Source: Squalus acanthias
Lineage: Eukaryota
Direction: 5' to 3'
Assembly: GCA_030390025.1 (NCBI GenBank)
Contig: CM059431.1
Coordinates: 121,088,001-121,152,000, forward strand
Length of the DNA: 64,000 bases
Below the pieces are notes generated by a model that made no database searches, had not been told where the DNA came from, and worked only from the letters and a program-made list of their open reading frames with translations. A program made the translations under genes and the position numbers. Positions 34,321-48,556 of this stretch are shown piece after piece. How positions within the stretch are numbered: the first letter of the stretch is position 1; each line of letters begins with the position of its first letter.

Positions 34321-36351
34321 TAATTTATGCTACAATTTGCTGGAACGTTGATCTGATAACAGTGCAGCAATTTCAATGTTGCATCTTGGACCTCGTGAAT
34401 GTCGTGTCCAAAGGACAATGAAAGAAAAGGATAGGGAAATAAACAGCCTGAAAGACAGAGAACGAAATAGAGTGAATTAGAGTCAAACAAGATGTAGAGG
34501 CAGAAAGACGATTAAAGAGAGGGAAAGAAAGAGAGTGGATTAAAAGAGAGAAAAAAGAGAAAGGAAAAGTAAGAAAAAAATTACAAAGAACAATTATGTT
34601 TAGAAATTAAAGTATTGAGCCTTGAGAATTTAATGAGCGAATAGTAGGTTAGGGGTGTGAAATGTACTAACATTCTTATCCCATGAAGTATAGAACCAGT
34701 GGCCCCATCCATCATGATCAGGAACAGTGGAACACTCAGTGGGTACGCCATTGCACTGCTTTCATAGGAACATCAGAATTGCTAGATATAAATAAACCAA
34801 GGTCTTGTCTAGCTCTTCTTCTTCCATCCTGGTAGTCGCATGATACAATGAGAATGGAGTTGTTGACTAAACATAGCAACCAATCTCTATCAATTAGTCT
34901 ACAACAGACTCAGACATGAAGAATTGCTTAGTGGTGGAGAGCTTTGCGAATCATAGGTCCAAAGTCACCTTTTTCCCCTCAAGCATGCTATACTTACCAC
35001 ATGTCATGTCTCAAATTCCTGATATACTATATCCCAAAATGTTATTTTCTGAACGAAATCTATCCAATTTGCCTTTGAATGAGTGACCTTCTTCTAAGTG
35101 TCGAAACAGCTTTGCATCCGGAAAATAATTGCCTTCTGACACTAACAGGTGTGTGGATGGAAAGAGTGGCACAAAAATACTGCCAATACAGATAAGCAGT
35201 ATGTAAAACCTCAAGGAGCACATCACTACCAGCTGACCTGAAACTCTACAGCTTCATTGGTTCCTTTATATAGTGTCATGTCAGGACTATAAATCATGAC
35301 ATTAACAGGGTCCCTCTACGACACTATTTACAGCCCTAAATGGCTGCGGAGGGAATAATTCATAATAACTTCATAAACACAGCAATTTCATGATTGCCAT
35401 TGAGTTCAATGGGGAGCGTCACGGCGAGAAAAGACTTTTATCAGTTCAGATAGGGGCTAACCGCGGAGCGGCGCAAATCGTCTAGCAATTTGCAAAGAAT
35501 CAGAACTCATGCCGTATCTCTTTCACTCTGCAAATCCCTGAATTTTTTACATATTACTAATGGCATGAGCCGTTAATGTGTTATTCTAATGAGGCGACGT
35601 CCCAGCAATTTCTGGCCCATCTGCTCCATTAGACCCGCCATCCTTAAACCCCTCTTAATTTGGCTTGTGACAAATCAACTACATTTCCTTGGCCAATGAT
35701 CACTGAGATCATCAACTGCCTCCTATCCTCAGGCACTGCAGTAATCATACTGCTCCTTTTAAAGCCCTACCTCAACCCCAGCCCCCTCGCAAAATAGTGC
35801 TCTGTCTCCAACTACTACTCCATCTCCAATCTTATTTTCTTCACTGAGGTTCTACAACATTTTACTGCAACCCAACTCCATGCCTTTACCTTGCTTCCTA
35901 CCTTGATAAGCCTCCTTAAAATTTATCTCTTTGACCTGCCTTCAGCCACCTTCCCTAAGTTTCCTTCTACTCTTGCCTGAGTCTAACCCCCAGCTATGAA
36001 ATATCTGGTAATTTGGCTACATTAGAAGTATTGTGTAAGATTTTCAGGAGCTACACTGTGTTGCTAGTCCCCATGGTACTATTTTTAAACACCCCCTTTT
36101 TCTCCAAAAACGATGAGTGAACATTATTCGTAGGATCCATTCAGAAAGACTGTTGAAGCTTTCCTGTACAGTCATGATGTTCACAATGCAAATGTAATGA
36201 GATCCTTATTTTAAATATCCATCTCTTTCATAATGACATCTTTCACAAAATTATATCTGGATAAGTGAATGGCAAAGTATGGCTTCCAATTATAGTATAA
36301 ACTGCAGTGTATGCAACTTAATTTCTGATTGACTTTATGTGGAATTACATT

Positions 36352-38520
36352 GATTATACAGCACAGAAACAGGCCATTCGGCCCAACCAGTCCATGCCAG
36401 TGTTTATGCTCCACTCGAGCCTCCTCCCATCCTTCCTCATCTAACTCTATCAGCAAAACCCTTTATTCCCTTCTCCCTCATATGCTTATCTAGCCCCCCC
36501 CCCTTAAATGCATCTTAACTATTCGCCTCAATGAATCACTGTGGTAGCGAGTTCCACATTCTCACCACTCACTGGGTAAAGAAGTTTCTTCTGAATTCCC
36601 TATTGGATTTTTTGGTGACTATCTTATATTGGTGGCCTCTAGTTTTGCTCTTCCCCACAACTAAAAACACTCTCTCTGTGTCTACTCTACAAAAACCTTT
36701 CATAATTTTATAGGCCTCTATTAAGTAACTCTCAGCCTTGTAAGGGGGGCGGCGAGGTGAGGCTTTCGTTGCCTGTGATTCTTTGCTATTGCTTGCTCTG
36801 GTCTCCGGCCAGACTTTTGCAATAATCACCTGTGAGTGGTTCGACCCACTCGCCCTTACGGTTCTGACACCTGGACTTAGATGCAAAGGAGCAGTAATGC
36901 AGAGAAAGACTCAAATAGACCTGGTTGAATAACACGAAATGAATGCCTTTATTGTACGGTGTCCAAAATAATGAAATACATGTCATATGCGCAGATCAAA
37001 GAAATTACAAGTATACACACGTCTATAAAACTTGGCCTATACAAATGGGGAAACACACGGCACATCGTAAAGGGGGGAACACATTACACATTAACCTTAG
37101 GAACCACCCTCCCTTACAATACCTAAACTACGTCTGGATTTGTAGGATTGGGAAACATGCTCACCACTCGGGTTACTTCGGAATTTAAAATGAGGCTCGC
37201 AGCCTTTCGCTGCAGCGCCTGGCTGTCACGTGGCTGTAAGGGCTTCTGAGCTCGACTTGTTTACACTCGCTGCCGCGATGGACCCACTTGAGACAGCCCT
37301 GATGAACGTTTGTCGCGGATGGCCCAGGCTACCCGCTCAAATAACCAGAAGATAAGCCTGTCTTCCTGGATCTTCGGTAGGATTCAAAAAGGTGGATTTG
37401 AACCTACTTCGTCGTTTATCTTCGGGCACAGTCGGGGTTTTACTGACCGTGGCGTCTCCCACGTGAAATTTCTTCTCGTCATTCGGGCCTCGCTCGGCCG
37501 AGATTCTTGTCTTCTTCGCTACCGGCGGCTGGTCATTCGGAACACACCGCTGTGTTGCCCTGATGGATCCGGACACCGTTTACCGACGATCGGGATGGTG
37601 TACCCTACTGCCTGCCGTGTCGAGGTGGCTCGTTCTGAGGTTCCGTTTCTGGCCGACATGGACCACGAACAACGAACTCAAACCCGAACTCCACCCAACA
37701 CTCGAACAACCGACCAACACAGCACCGCGGAAAGAACAAGAGACTTGCAATCCGCAACTCTTCCAATCTCACTGTACCTAATCCGTAACTCATCCGTAAC
37801 CCCTGATGAGCATTCGTCCTCTATAGTTATACTGTTTGGCCGGGCCTTATCTCCCGCTCAAATCAAGATGCTGTCTTTTGTTTAATTTTGGCGCCCAAAG
37901 TTCTCGGTATGGGGTAATTGTCTTCTCAACTGGTTTCGGGATCACCCGAAACTGGCCAACTACCCGTTAATGTCTTCTTCATTGTTGAGCTAGGCAGGAT
38001 GTGTATACTTGTCTCCTCAACTGGTTTCGGGATCACCTGAAACTGGCCCAATCACCCGCCAATGTCTCTCTCATTGTTGAGCTGGGGGGGGTATTTGTGT
38101 ATTGATGTGTCTGGATGGGCCCCCGATTGTCCAGTGCAATGATTCTCACCGTGCATATGAAACGATTCAAGCACTCATATCATTGTTTTTGTCCAAAACG
38201 CAAATGGGTTGCATCCTGCCTTCCCAATCTATACCGTGCATGGTTTCATTATGAATGTATATTCAGCGCCATCTTGTCTGCTCACTATGTTCTGGAAAAC
38301 GTCTGACACGATGCTCAGTGGCCATTTTACAAGGCTGCTGTGCCCTTATATTAAAAGCAGCCTTTCGTTCAATAAAAATGTAGAATTGAACCTGCTTCTC
38401 TCACATTATTAGAATCGCGATAATTGCGAAACTCTACAGCCTTCTGTTTTCAAGAGAAAAGAGCTCCAGCCTGCTTATCCTTTCCTGATAGGTATACCCT
38501 CACATTTCTGGGATCATCCT
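36352..38520 (-). mobile_element. CR1-like LINE 3' fragment split by a solo LTR
   Basis: LELFSLENRR|LR..LIEAYKIMKGF...TRGHQYKI...FRRNFFTQ joins across 36739-38438. Confidence 0.82.
36739..38438 (-). mobile_element. Solo LTR (1.7 kb), related to family A
   Basis: TG...CA ends and 4-bp TSD GCCT (36735-36738, 38439-38442). Start TGTAGAGTTTCGCAATTATCGCGAT matches 1575. Contains a ~90-bp-period direct repeat at 37920-38085. Confidence 0.92.
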
Positions 38521-38977
38521 TGGTGGCTATTCTTAAGTTGTGGTATTCCTTCTTCACATTGTATCATGCCTGTTGTGTTTCTGAGCCGGCCTTGATTCAT
38601 TCAGATCTGGTCCCAAAAATGTTATCTTGCCTCTCATACTGTCAGTCAGAAAACCAGGGTTTTTGAATGTCGTGAGCAGTCATTGTTTTTGAGCTATGAT
38701 TTCCTCATTCCACAGCCAGCTCTATGGTAGAGTAATCCAAGACTAATCTCACTGTTGGGAAATATTAGTGAGTAAGCAGCTTGTTGAAAGTGTACAAATG
38801 ACTATCAGTACAGGTATGTACAGACTGAATAGTTTATTGAATTCATGATGCAGGAATCCAATTAGACTAACCCAGAAGATGATAATCTCTAACATAAATG
38901 GGTGAACTTTAGTTCTTATTTTAAAGGAGGAAATATACCTATGTGTGCGTGAGCAGCACTGAGTTATGTTCTTACAT

Positions 38978-41900
38978 CTTCTTAGGCATTCCCTCGGAAC
39001 CGAGGATGACTTGCTTCCACATTAAAAATGAGTTCTCAGGTGACTGATGAGTCCAATGCGGGACCTACAGCCTCTGTCACAGGTGGGGCAGACAGTGGTT
39101 GAAGGGACGGGTGGGTGGGGTGCTTGGGTTGACGTGCGCTCCTTCTGCTGTTTGCGCTTGGCTTCCGCTTGCTCCCAGCGAAGAGGCTCGAGGTGTCGGC
39201 GCCTTCCCGGATGCTTCTCCTTCACTTTGTGCGGTCTTGGGCCAGGGATTCCCAGGTGTCGGTGGGGATGTTACACTTTTTCAAGGAGGCTTTGAGGGTG
39301 TCCTTGAAGCGTTTCCTCTGCCCACCTGGGGCTCTTTTGCCGTGTTGGAGCTCCGAGTAGAGCACTTGTTTTGGGAGTCTCGTATTGGGCATGCGGACAA
39401 TGTGACCCGTCCATCAGAGCTGATCGAGCGTGGTCAAAGCTTGAATGCTGGGGATGTTGGCCTGAGCGAAAACACTGATGTTGGTGCGCCTATCCTGCCA
39501 ATGGATTTGCAGGATCTTGCGGAGGCAGCGTTGGTGGTACCTCTCCACTGCTTTGAGGTGCCTGCTGTACATGGTCCATGTCTCTGAGGCATACAGGAGG
39601 GCGGGTATTACTGCTGCTCTGTAGACCATGAGCTTAGTGCCGGGTTTGAAGTCCTGGTCTTCAAACACTCTCTTCCTCAGACGACCGAAGGCTGCACTGG
39701 CACACTGAAGGCGGTGTTGGACTTCGTCGTCGACGTCTGCCCTTGTTGACAGTAGGCTCCTGAGGTATGGAAAGTGGTCCACGTGGTCCAAGGTCTTGTC
39801 ATGGATTTTGATAATCGGGGGGCAGTACTGTGTGGCGGGGGCAGGTTGGTAGAGGACCTTTGTCTTACGGATGTTTAGTGTAAGGCCCATGCTCTTGTAT
39901 GCTTTGGTGAAGGTGTTGACGATGGTTTGGAGTTCGACCTCCGTGTGAGCGCAGACGCAAGCGTCGTCTGCATACTGTAATTCGACGACAGAGGATGGGA
40001 TGACCTTGGATCTGGACTGGAGGCGACGGAGGTTGAACAGTTTCCCGTTTGTTCTGTAAATTAGCTCCACTCCAGCGGGGAGCTTACTCAGGGTGAGATG
40101 GAGCATTGCAGCAAGAAAGATCGAGAAGAGCGTTGGAGCGATCACACAGCCTTGCTTGACTCCGATTCGTACGTGAATTGGGTCTGTGGTGGAACTGTTG
40201 GTCAGGATCACGGCTTGCATGTCGTCGTGAAGCAGGCAGAGGATGGTGACAAACGTTTGAGGGCAGCCGAATTTGAGGAGGACACTCCATAATCTCTCAT
40301 GGTTGACAGTGTCGAAGGCCTTTGTGAGATCAAAGAAGGCCATGTACAGCGGTTGGTGCTGTTCCCTGCATTTCTCTTGTAATTGACGTGCGGTGAAGAT
40401 CATGTCCATTGTGCCCCATAGTGGGCGGAATCCGCATTGCGACTCTGGGAGGAGCTCTTCGGCCACTGGGAGAAGGCGATTGAGGAGGATTCTTGCGATG
40501 AGTTTCCCTGTGGCAGACAGCAGGGAAACTCCTCTGTAATTACCGCAATCGGACTTGTCACCTTTCTTGATGATGGTCACAATTATGGCATCTCTGAGAT
40601 CCGCTGGCATGCTCTCCTCCTTCCAGATAAGAGAAATGAGTTCATGAATTCGCGCCAGTAGTGCTTCTCCGCCATGCTTTAGTGCCTCGGCGGGGATTCC
40701 ATCTGCTCCTGAGGCCTTTTTGTTCTTCAGTTGTCGGATGGCCTTTTCAACCTCATGCCGGGCTGGGGTTGTGCTGAGATGGTGGCGGGTAGCATGCTGC
40801 GGGATGGAGTTGAGTACACTTGTGTCGAAGACAGAGGGCTGGATTTTCATAGGGCCGTGGAGGCGGGTTTGGAGGCGTGTGGGGGGTTAAAATTGCGAAA
40901 AGTGGCGGGCGGACCTGATCCCGCCTCCATTCCGCCTTCACGCAATTTTAATAAAATCGTGTGCGGTGTTCCCGACTCCGTTCCGCCTCCAAGAGGCGGG
41001 AGAGGCCATTAAAACCCTTAACAAGCCCTAAATTGGTTCTGTAATGCCATTTTGAAATGTTTTAGCTAGTTTAACCCTTTTCCGACGTGAAGCACGCCTG
41101 ATGTGAAACACGCCAGTGAAACCTGGCGGGAGCACAAGTGGATAGCTGACTATCAGCTGCAGGTCCACTATTACAACAGAGATGTGATGAAGGCAGTAGT
41201 AGTATTAGGTCTGAAAGAGACTGCCTGGCCTTTGCTGTGAGAGGACCTGGATGCAAAAAAAATTCTCTCTCTCTCTCTCTCTCTGAGAGATGCTGCTCAT
41301 TTTGCATCCAGTTCCTCTCACAGCAAAAGCCAGGCAGTCTCTGACCTGCAATGTAGCAGCAATGATAACATCATCAGAGGCGACTTTCAGACTCAAACCA
41401 CTAATTGGTTCATGGGTTCCCACATGCTGGAACTCAATTGCCCAATTAGGTGAAAATTGCATCAATCTCCCACATCCAATTGCAGTCGGGTGGATAACAT
41501 GAAATGCGGATGACACGACCCCAACCCGCCCCAGTATCAAAATCCAGCCCAGAGTCTCGGTTAAGGAGATCTTCGAAGTGCTCCTTCCAGCGGGCACTGA
41601 CTGCCTCTCTGTCCTTGATGAATACCTCGCCGTTCTTGGCCCGCAGTGGGGTAGGGTCTTGGGTGCTTGGGCCGTAGGTGGTCTTGACTGTGCTAAAGCA
41701 TCCACGCACGTCGTGGTTGTCGGCTAGCTGCTGGATCTCCTGCGCTTTCTCCACCCACCATCTGTTCTTTAGGTCGCAAGGTTTTTTTTGGACCTCGGCC
41801 TTCAGGCATCTGTAGAGCTGCTTTCTTGCTCTCGAGTTGTGTTGCTGTTTCCAGATCAGGAATGCCTTGCGCTTGCGGCTTATTAGCTCCTGGATCTCCT

Positions 41901-43075
41901 GGTCGTTCTCGTCGAACCAGTTTTGGTGTTTCCTGGTCGAGTGACCGAGCGTCTCTTCACAGGTGCTGATTATGGAGGCCTTGAGTGCAGACCAGGCACT
42001 GTGGACACTCTGTGTCTCTGCATCACTGGGAGTCGTCAGGTTGTTTGTGAGGCGCAGGCTGAATAGGGCTTTCTTAGCAGGGTCTTTGAGTGCTCCAACG
42101 TTGATTTTCCTGCAGCATTGCTTCTGTTGCCACCGCTGTTTTGGGGCTACATTGATGGAGATGACAGAGCGGATTAGGCGGTGGTCTGTCCAGCAGTCAT
42201 CAGCTCCTGTCATGGTGTGGGTGATGCGGACGTCCTTGTGGTCCCTCGCTCGGACAATGACGTAGTCCAGCAGATGCCAGTGCTTGGAGCGAGGGTGCTG
42301 CCATGAAGCCTTGTACTTGTCTCTCTGATGGAACAAGGTGTTGGTTATGACAAGGCCATGTTCCAAGCATTTCGACAGGAGGAGGGTACCGTTGGAGTTG
42401 GCTTTCCCTACCCCCTCTCTGCCGATCACACCTCCCCAGAGGTCTGTGTCCTTTCCAACTCTGGCATTAAAGTTACCAAGGAGGATCAGCTTGTCGCCCA
42501 TTGGGACTCGGGACAGGGATTGTTCGAGGCTGGAGTAGAATTCCTCTTTGGTCTCGTCTGTGGCTTCCAGTGTTGGGGCGTACACACTGATGACCGTAGC
42601 GCATTGGTTCCAGACTAGGGTGAGCCGAAGTGTCATGAGGCGCTCGTTTGTACCGCTAGGAGCGTCTCTGAGACGCCCAATCAGTTCATTTTTTATAGCG
42701 AAGCCTATCCCATGGAGGCGGCATTCTTCTTCAGGTTTGCCTTGCTCCTTGCTCCTTGCTCCTTGAGCTGGCCTTCTCCTGCCCGCCGGGTCTCACTTAG
42801 GGTGGTGATGTCAATGTCGAAACGTCTGAGCTCCCGGGCAACGATAGCAGTACGGCGTTCCGGTCTGTCGCTGTTGGGGTTGTCCATGAGGGTCCTGACG
42901 TTCCAGGTCCCGAACTTCATTTTAAAGGGTGGGAGATGCCTGTGCGTGAATTCATTTAACGTGGGGTGGCTGTTGCACACCAGCTACCACACCGGCTTGA
43001 CAGAGCAAGGTCTTGGTCCAATGGCAAGGGGATCCAAGATGATTGGAGACCAGGCTCTGCTACAATGGCCTAGCA
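38978..43075 (-). mobile_element. Near full-length RTE-clade LINE (APE + RT), disrupted
   Basis: Motifs GTWNVRTL, LSETR, VYAPT, TDH, DLTKAFD, GVKQGCVIAP and QYADD, plus C-terminal CPTC..HLRTH. Removing the 40836-41550 MITE restores RDS|VFD in frame. Confidence 0.93.
40836..41550. mobile_element. MITE (GGGCTGGATTTT TIR)
   Basis: Perfect 12-bp TIR, TSD AGA (40833-40835, 41551-41553). Confidence 0.9.
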
Positions 43076-43807
43076 CACACACACAAACATACTCCTACTG
43101 TCCTCCTCCCTCCTTCCCGCAGGTCCTCTCTGCCTGGGTTTCGTAGGATGCATTGTGGTCCTCCCGACTTCGCTGTTGGCCCGTGCCGCACCTTCCCTGG
43201 GCCCCGACCCCGCTGCTGGTCCACGCTGAGTATCAGCTGAGTTATGTACGATGCAACTGACTTATAATTATTGGGTTTCAATTTAATTCCAAACCATGAC
43301 CAGCTTGTTCCAATAAATAGTATGTATACCTTGTATGTGTTGATTGACAAGCATTTCAGTAATAGTTTCGACAAAATCAATATCACAATCTTGTGATCCG
43401 TCCAAATATGTGATTGTGTTTACTAGCTTGCCTAGGATTTCGATTCAAAATGCAGTGAGATAGACCAGGGCTTCTCAACCAGGGGTCCTTGCCCCGCCCC
43501 ACCCCCAGGGGTCTGCAATAAGATTTCAAGACGTCCGCCAAGTGGTCCGCGATTTTAAAAACTCAGATTTAAAAAAATAAAAATTAAAAATACCCTGTCG
43601 CTTAAAGGTGGGATGAAGCTGAGCAAATTGCGGCTCCGGCCCAGACTCGGACCTCTGTTTCCCCCATCCCGAACGTCTGTGTGCGGATGGCGGGAGCTGC
43701 CACTGAGCCCAGGCCACTGCTCACAGACATGGAAGAGAGGCAGCGTTCGCTGGTCGCTGAGAACAGATCCCCCGGCTCGAGCTCTCCTCTCGCCAGGTCC
43801 CGCTCTA

Positions 43808-45518
43808 GGGGGGGAATTTTTGGGGGTCAGCGGGCACGTTTGGAGGTGGGTTGGTTGTGAAAAAAATGTTTTTGACAGCGGGTAGGGAACCCGCTGTCAC
43901 CCCACCATCACACTAGTCTCCCAGATGTCGGGTCTGTCATCGCTGAACAGACCCAACACCAAGCGGTGGGGGAGGCAATTTAGATGATTAAGAGCCTGTT
44001 AACTATTTTGAGCTCACCCTTTATATTTTACGAGGTCGCCCATGGGTTCCCCGCTGCTCGGGGATCACATCAGGTAAGCAGGTCAGGAGTTGTGTCACCA
44101 TGATATAATTTCTTTACTTGACAGCTGCAAATGTGCTATAAAAGCACCCATCTCATAGCTGTTCACTTTCCAAGGTCAGAAGCTGTTGCTTACTGCATTT
44201 GGAAGACAGATTGAGATTTATGCAGGTTGCAAGTGTTTGGAGGAAACTCACTATCCAGTGTCACCTCATTGGAGCAACCTCTCTCACCATTGACAGATCG
44301 CTTCTGTCATCTCAACTTCACCTGCCATCTATTACATCGGTGCCCTTGAAACTCTCTCACCTTGGTCCTCAGAATTCCACCACGATCAGCCCCAAAACCA
44401 GCAGCACGAGGCACACCAGCAGTACCAACAACAGCACCAACCTTCTCCGCAATCAACTGATGCTACACTGGACACAGGGCATTAGCACCCGACCACATTG
44501 CTGCACACCCTGGCTGCCACATGATGCGCCAGGTTGACACCACCCCACACCAACACCATAAAGCATCCCTACAATTCCCAAGCCATTCTGTCCACACTCA
44601 TCGCCATTGCGGGGGGTACCATTATGCCTCACCATTCACTGCAACTCACTAAGCCACTTAAAAAGGTGCACACAAATCTGTCCAAGAATGCAAAGTGCTG
44701 ACAATAAAGGTTTCAATGTTTGACAGCACATTAGCAGAAACTTTACATGAACATTGGCTAAAACACACAAGTGCCTACGCTTGTGTGTTGTTACTTGGTA
44801 TGATTGGACTAGGATGAGGGTGAGTGTGAGGGGTGGCTCGTGAGATGGGGAAGTAATAATGTAGATAGAGAGGGATGGGTGGAGGTGCAAGGTAAGTTGG
44901 TGTGAGTCAGAATGCGCAGGAGTAGGGCAGGGAAGGCAGAGTGATGGGGGGGTGATGAGTAGCACAGCAGGTTGAGGTTGAGTGTGGCTTTGCAGTAATG
45001 TTTCGTGATCTACTGAGATCATTGAAAGGTTTGCGCCACTGCAGCCTGGTCCTCCTAACGACATCCCTGCCTATGTCCTCCTGTGCAATTGCAATCAGGC
45101 TGCATTGGTCTCCTGGGGAGGTCTCTTCCGCCCATGGGAAAGGAAGAGAACCTCCCTGCGTGCTGTGACTCCCTCCATAAGCATATGGAGGTAGTCATGG
45201 GAGAGCCTGGGTGCAGCCCTGCACCTCTGTGCAGTGCTTGTCAGTGTTTGCAGCACCTCAATGCTATAGAACACTGACAGCAGAACTGTCAAAATAAATT
45301 TGCACATGGCCCCTTTAAGGAAACCGGCTGATGACGCGTCATCAAATGACTTCATCAGACCCGCTTCCTTCAACTGGCCGGGAAACGCGCTGTGTGGGCT
45401 TAACAAGCCCAATCAGCGTAAGATCACTTTGGACAGCGGGCTGGAGCCAGCAGCGGGTCGTGACCCGCCACCGAACCCGGCTGGACCGGACCCGCCGAGG
45501 TAGCGGAAATCGCGGCCT
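43808..45518. mobile_element. Old internally deleted Harbinger with Myb exon-1 relic on the minus strand (~44990-45190)
   Basis: LMEGVTARREVLF..GRKRPP and Q.RK.FNDL remnants, with degenerate GGGG..AATTT-type ends. Confidence 0.6.
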
Positions 45519-45921
45519 GTATTTCGTTCCCCCCACACTTGTCCTAATGGTACACTGCTTAGGTTGTTGTTCCCCCTCCCCTGGCCTAATTGGGGCTGTT
45601 GCTCTTCTACTTTCACTACTTTCATTGGCTCCCTCAATCCTCTCACTGCCATACATCACCAGCGGCAACTGTAACCCATCCAGTTCAAGTCTTCCGTGAT
45701 GTGCGTCAGGTTCCATTTCAAATTTGAGTTTTATTTTGTTTTATTTTTGTTATTCGCCCGGTCGCGATTGTGAATCAAAGGAAGAAAGGCAATGTAATAG
45801 GCAGCAGCTGCAAGGAGGAAAGGAGCTGCTGGGGTCAAATAGTGAGTCACTGTCTTCATGGAGGAAGAAGAGCGGAATATGTCAACCTTAGGAAGCTATT
45901 AGGATTACCACTTATTTCCAG

Positions 45922-48556
45922 CATAGAAACATAGAAAAGTAGGAGCAGGAGTAGGCCATTCATCCCTTCGAGCCTGCTCCGCCATTCAATATGATCATGG
46001 CTGAACCTCTATCTCAATACCATATTCCCACTCTCTCCCCATACCCCTTGACGCCATTTGCATCTAAAAAGCTTTCCCCTTCTTAAATATATTCAGTGAC
46101 TTGGCCTCCACAGCCTTCTGTGGTAGAGAATTCCACAGGTTCACCACCCTCTGAGTGAGAAATTTCTCCTCATCGCAGTTAAAAATGTCCTACTCCATAA
46201 CCTGAGACTGTGACCCCTTGTTCTAGACCCCCCAGCCAGGGGAAACATCCTCCCTGCATCCAGTCTGTCTAGCCCTGTCAGAATTTTATATGTTTCAATG
46301 AGATCCCCTCTCATTCTTCTAAACTCGAGTGAATACAGGCCTAGTCGACCCAATCTCTCCTCATACGACAGTCCTGCCATCCCAGGAATCAGTCTGGTGA
46401 ACCTTTGCTGCACTACCTCTATGGCAAGTATATCCTTTTTTAGGTAAGGAGCCCAAAACTGCACACAGTACTCCAGGTGTGGTCTCACCAAGGCCCTGTA
46501 TAGCTGTAGTAAGACATCCTTGCTCCTGTACTCAAATCCTCTTGCAATGAAGGCCAACATACCATTTGCCTTCCTAACTGCTTGCTGCACCTGCATGTTT
46601 GCTTTCAGTGACTGGTGTACAAGGACACCCAGGTCCCTTTGTACATCAACATTTCCCAATCTATCACCATTTAAATAATATACTGCCTTTCTGTTTTTCC
46701 TACCGAAGTGGATAACTTCACATTTATCCACGTTATACTGCATCTGCCATGTATTTGCCCACTCACTCAACTTGTCTAAATCGCCTTGAAGCCTTTTTGC
46801 ATCCTCCTCACAAGTCACAATCCCACCTAGTTTTGTGTCGTCAGCAAACTTGGAAATATTACATTTGGTTCCCTCATTCAAATCATTGATATATATTGGC
46901 CCGAAAATTAGACCTAATACGTGAGAGTACGCACTGTGTACTCTCGCGTATTAGGTCCCGAATTGCCGGTTTCCTGCATGCACTGCGCAAGCGCGGAAAA
47001 CCGGCACTTCGTGTATGGCGAAGGGGGCGGTTCCTAAGTGAACCGCGTGCGCACTACAGGCTGCGCGCACGCAGTGCACTTAGTTTTTTTTTCAGGTTTG
47101 AACGTGCAGGTAAGTGGTGAAGATTTTACACATAAAGAAAGCAGGCGTAAGACCCCCTTTTAATGAGGTAAGTAGTTAATTAAGTGTTATTTTAATTTTT
47201 TTTCAACAGGTTTATGTTTTTTAGAGACTTTAAAGAAAGGTAAGATTATTTTTATAACTTTTAAAAAGAATTTAAATTTTTTCAAAAATTTTATTTTTTG
47301 TTTAAAGTGGTTAATTTATTTAACTATAGTTATTTTATTAATGTGATGGCTTTTTAAAAAATTTAATTGAGGTTTAGCTGTTCTTTTGGGGGCTTGTTGT
47401 ATTCATAGCTTTGACAGGTTTTCCTGTCAAAACTATGAATGAAAGATGGTGTGCTGCCATTGGCTCTAACTGGCTCACGTGATCCCAGAGCTCGCACGAA
47501 CTAACTGCGCCTCTGGGACATGCAAGCACTGCATGCCGGCAACAGGGAGAGGCCCTCGAACTGAAGTTCGTGTGGGCCCGAACCATAAAGGTAGGCATGG
47601 TGTGCGATATCGCGGGGAATCCTTACCCCCGCGGCAACCATCGATGTTTAATTTCTGGGCCATTGTGAATAGCTGGGGCCCAAACACTGATCCCTGCGGC
47701 ACCCCACTAGTCACTGCCTGCCACCCCGAAAAAGACCCATTTATTCCTACTCTCTGTTTCCTGTCTGTTAACCAATTTTCAATCCATGCCAATATATTAC
47801 CCCCAATCCCATATGCTTCAATTTTGCACACTAACCTCTTATATGGGACTTTATCAAAGGCCTTCTGAAAATCCAAATGGACCACATCCACTGGCTCTCC
47901 CTTATCTATTCTACAAGTTACATCCTCAAAAAACTCCAGTAGGTTTGTCAAACACGATTTCCCTTTCATAAATCCATGTTGACTTTGTATAATCCCGTTG
48001 ATATTTTCTAAGTGTCCTTTATAATAGACTCCAGCATTTTCCCTACTACTGATGTTAGGCTAACTGGTCTGTAGTTCCCTGTTTTCTCTCTCCCTCCTTT
48101 TTTAAATAGTGGGTTTATATTTGCCACCCTCCAATCTGCAGGAATTGTTCCATAATCTACAGAATTTTGGAAGATGACAACCAATGCATCCTCTATTTCC
48201 ATGGCTACCTCTTTTAGTACTCTGGAATGCAGATTATCAGGCCCTGGGGATTTACCGGCTTTCAGTCCCATTAATTTCTCCAGCACTATTTTTTTACGAA
48301 TACTAATTTCCTTTAATTCCTCCTTCTCACTAGATCCTTGTTTCCTTAGCATTTCTGGGAAGTTAGTTGTGTCCTCTTCCGTGAAGACAGAACCAAAGTA
48401 TTTGTTTAATTGCTCAGCCATTTCCTTGTTTCCCATTATAAATTCTCCCGTTTCTGACTGTAAGGGACCTACATTTGTCTTCACTAATCTTTTTCTTTTT
48501 ACATATTTGTAGAAGCTTTTACAGTCCGCTTTTATGTTCCTTGCAAGTTTAGCAAG
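45922..48556 (-). mobile_element. CR1 LINE 3' half (RT), interrupted by a MITE
   Basis: NYRPVSLTS, DFQKAFDKV, SGVPQGSV, KFADDTKLG and LEYCVQFW, with a CR1 tail. Confidence 0.95.
46898..47661 (+). mobile_element. ~760-bp MITE (GGSCCAGAAATT family)
   Basis: GGCCCGAAAATT / AATTTCTGGGCC, TSD ATT (46895-46897, 47662-47664). Confidence 0.92.

Noticed and set aside
34322..35618. Degenerate repeat resembling 62510-63075, ending AATTTCTGGCCC
   Set aside because: It is probably an old MITE, but its boundaries and TSD could not be fixed by eye.
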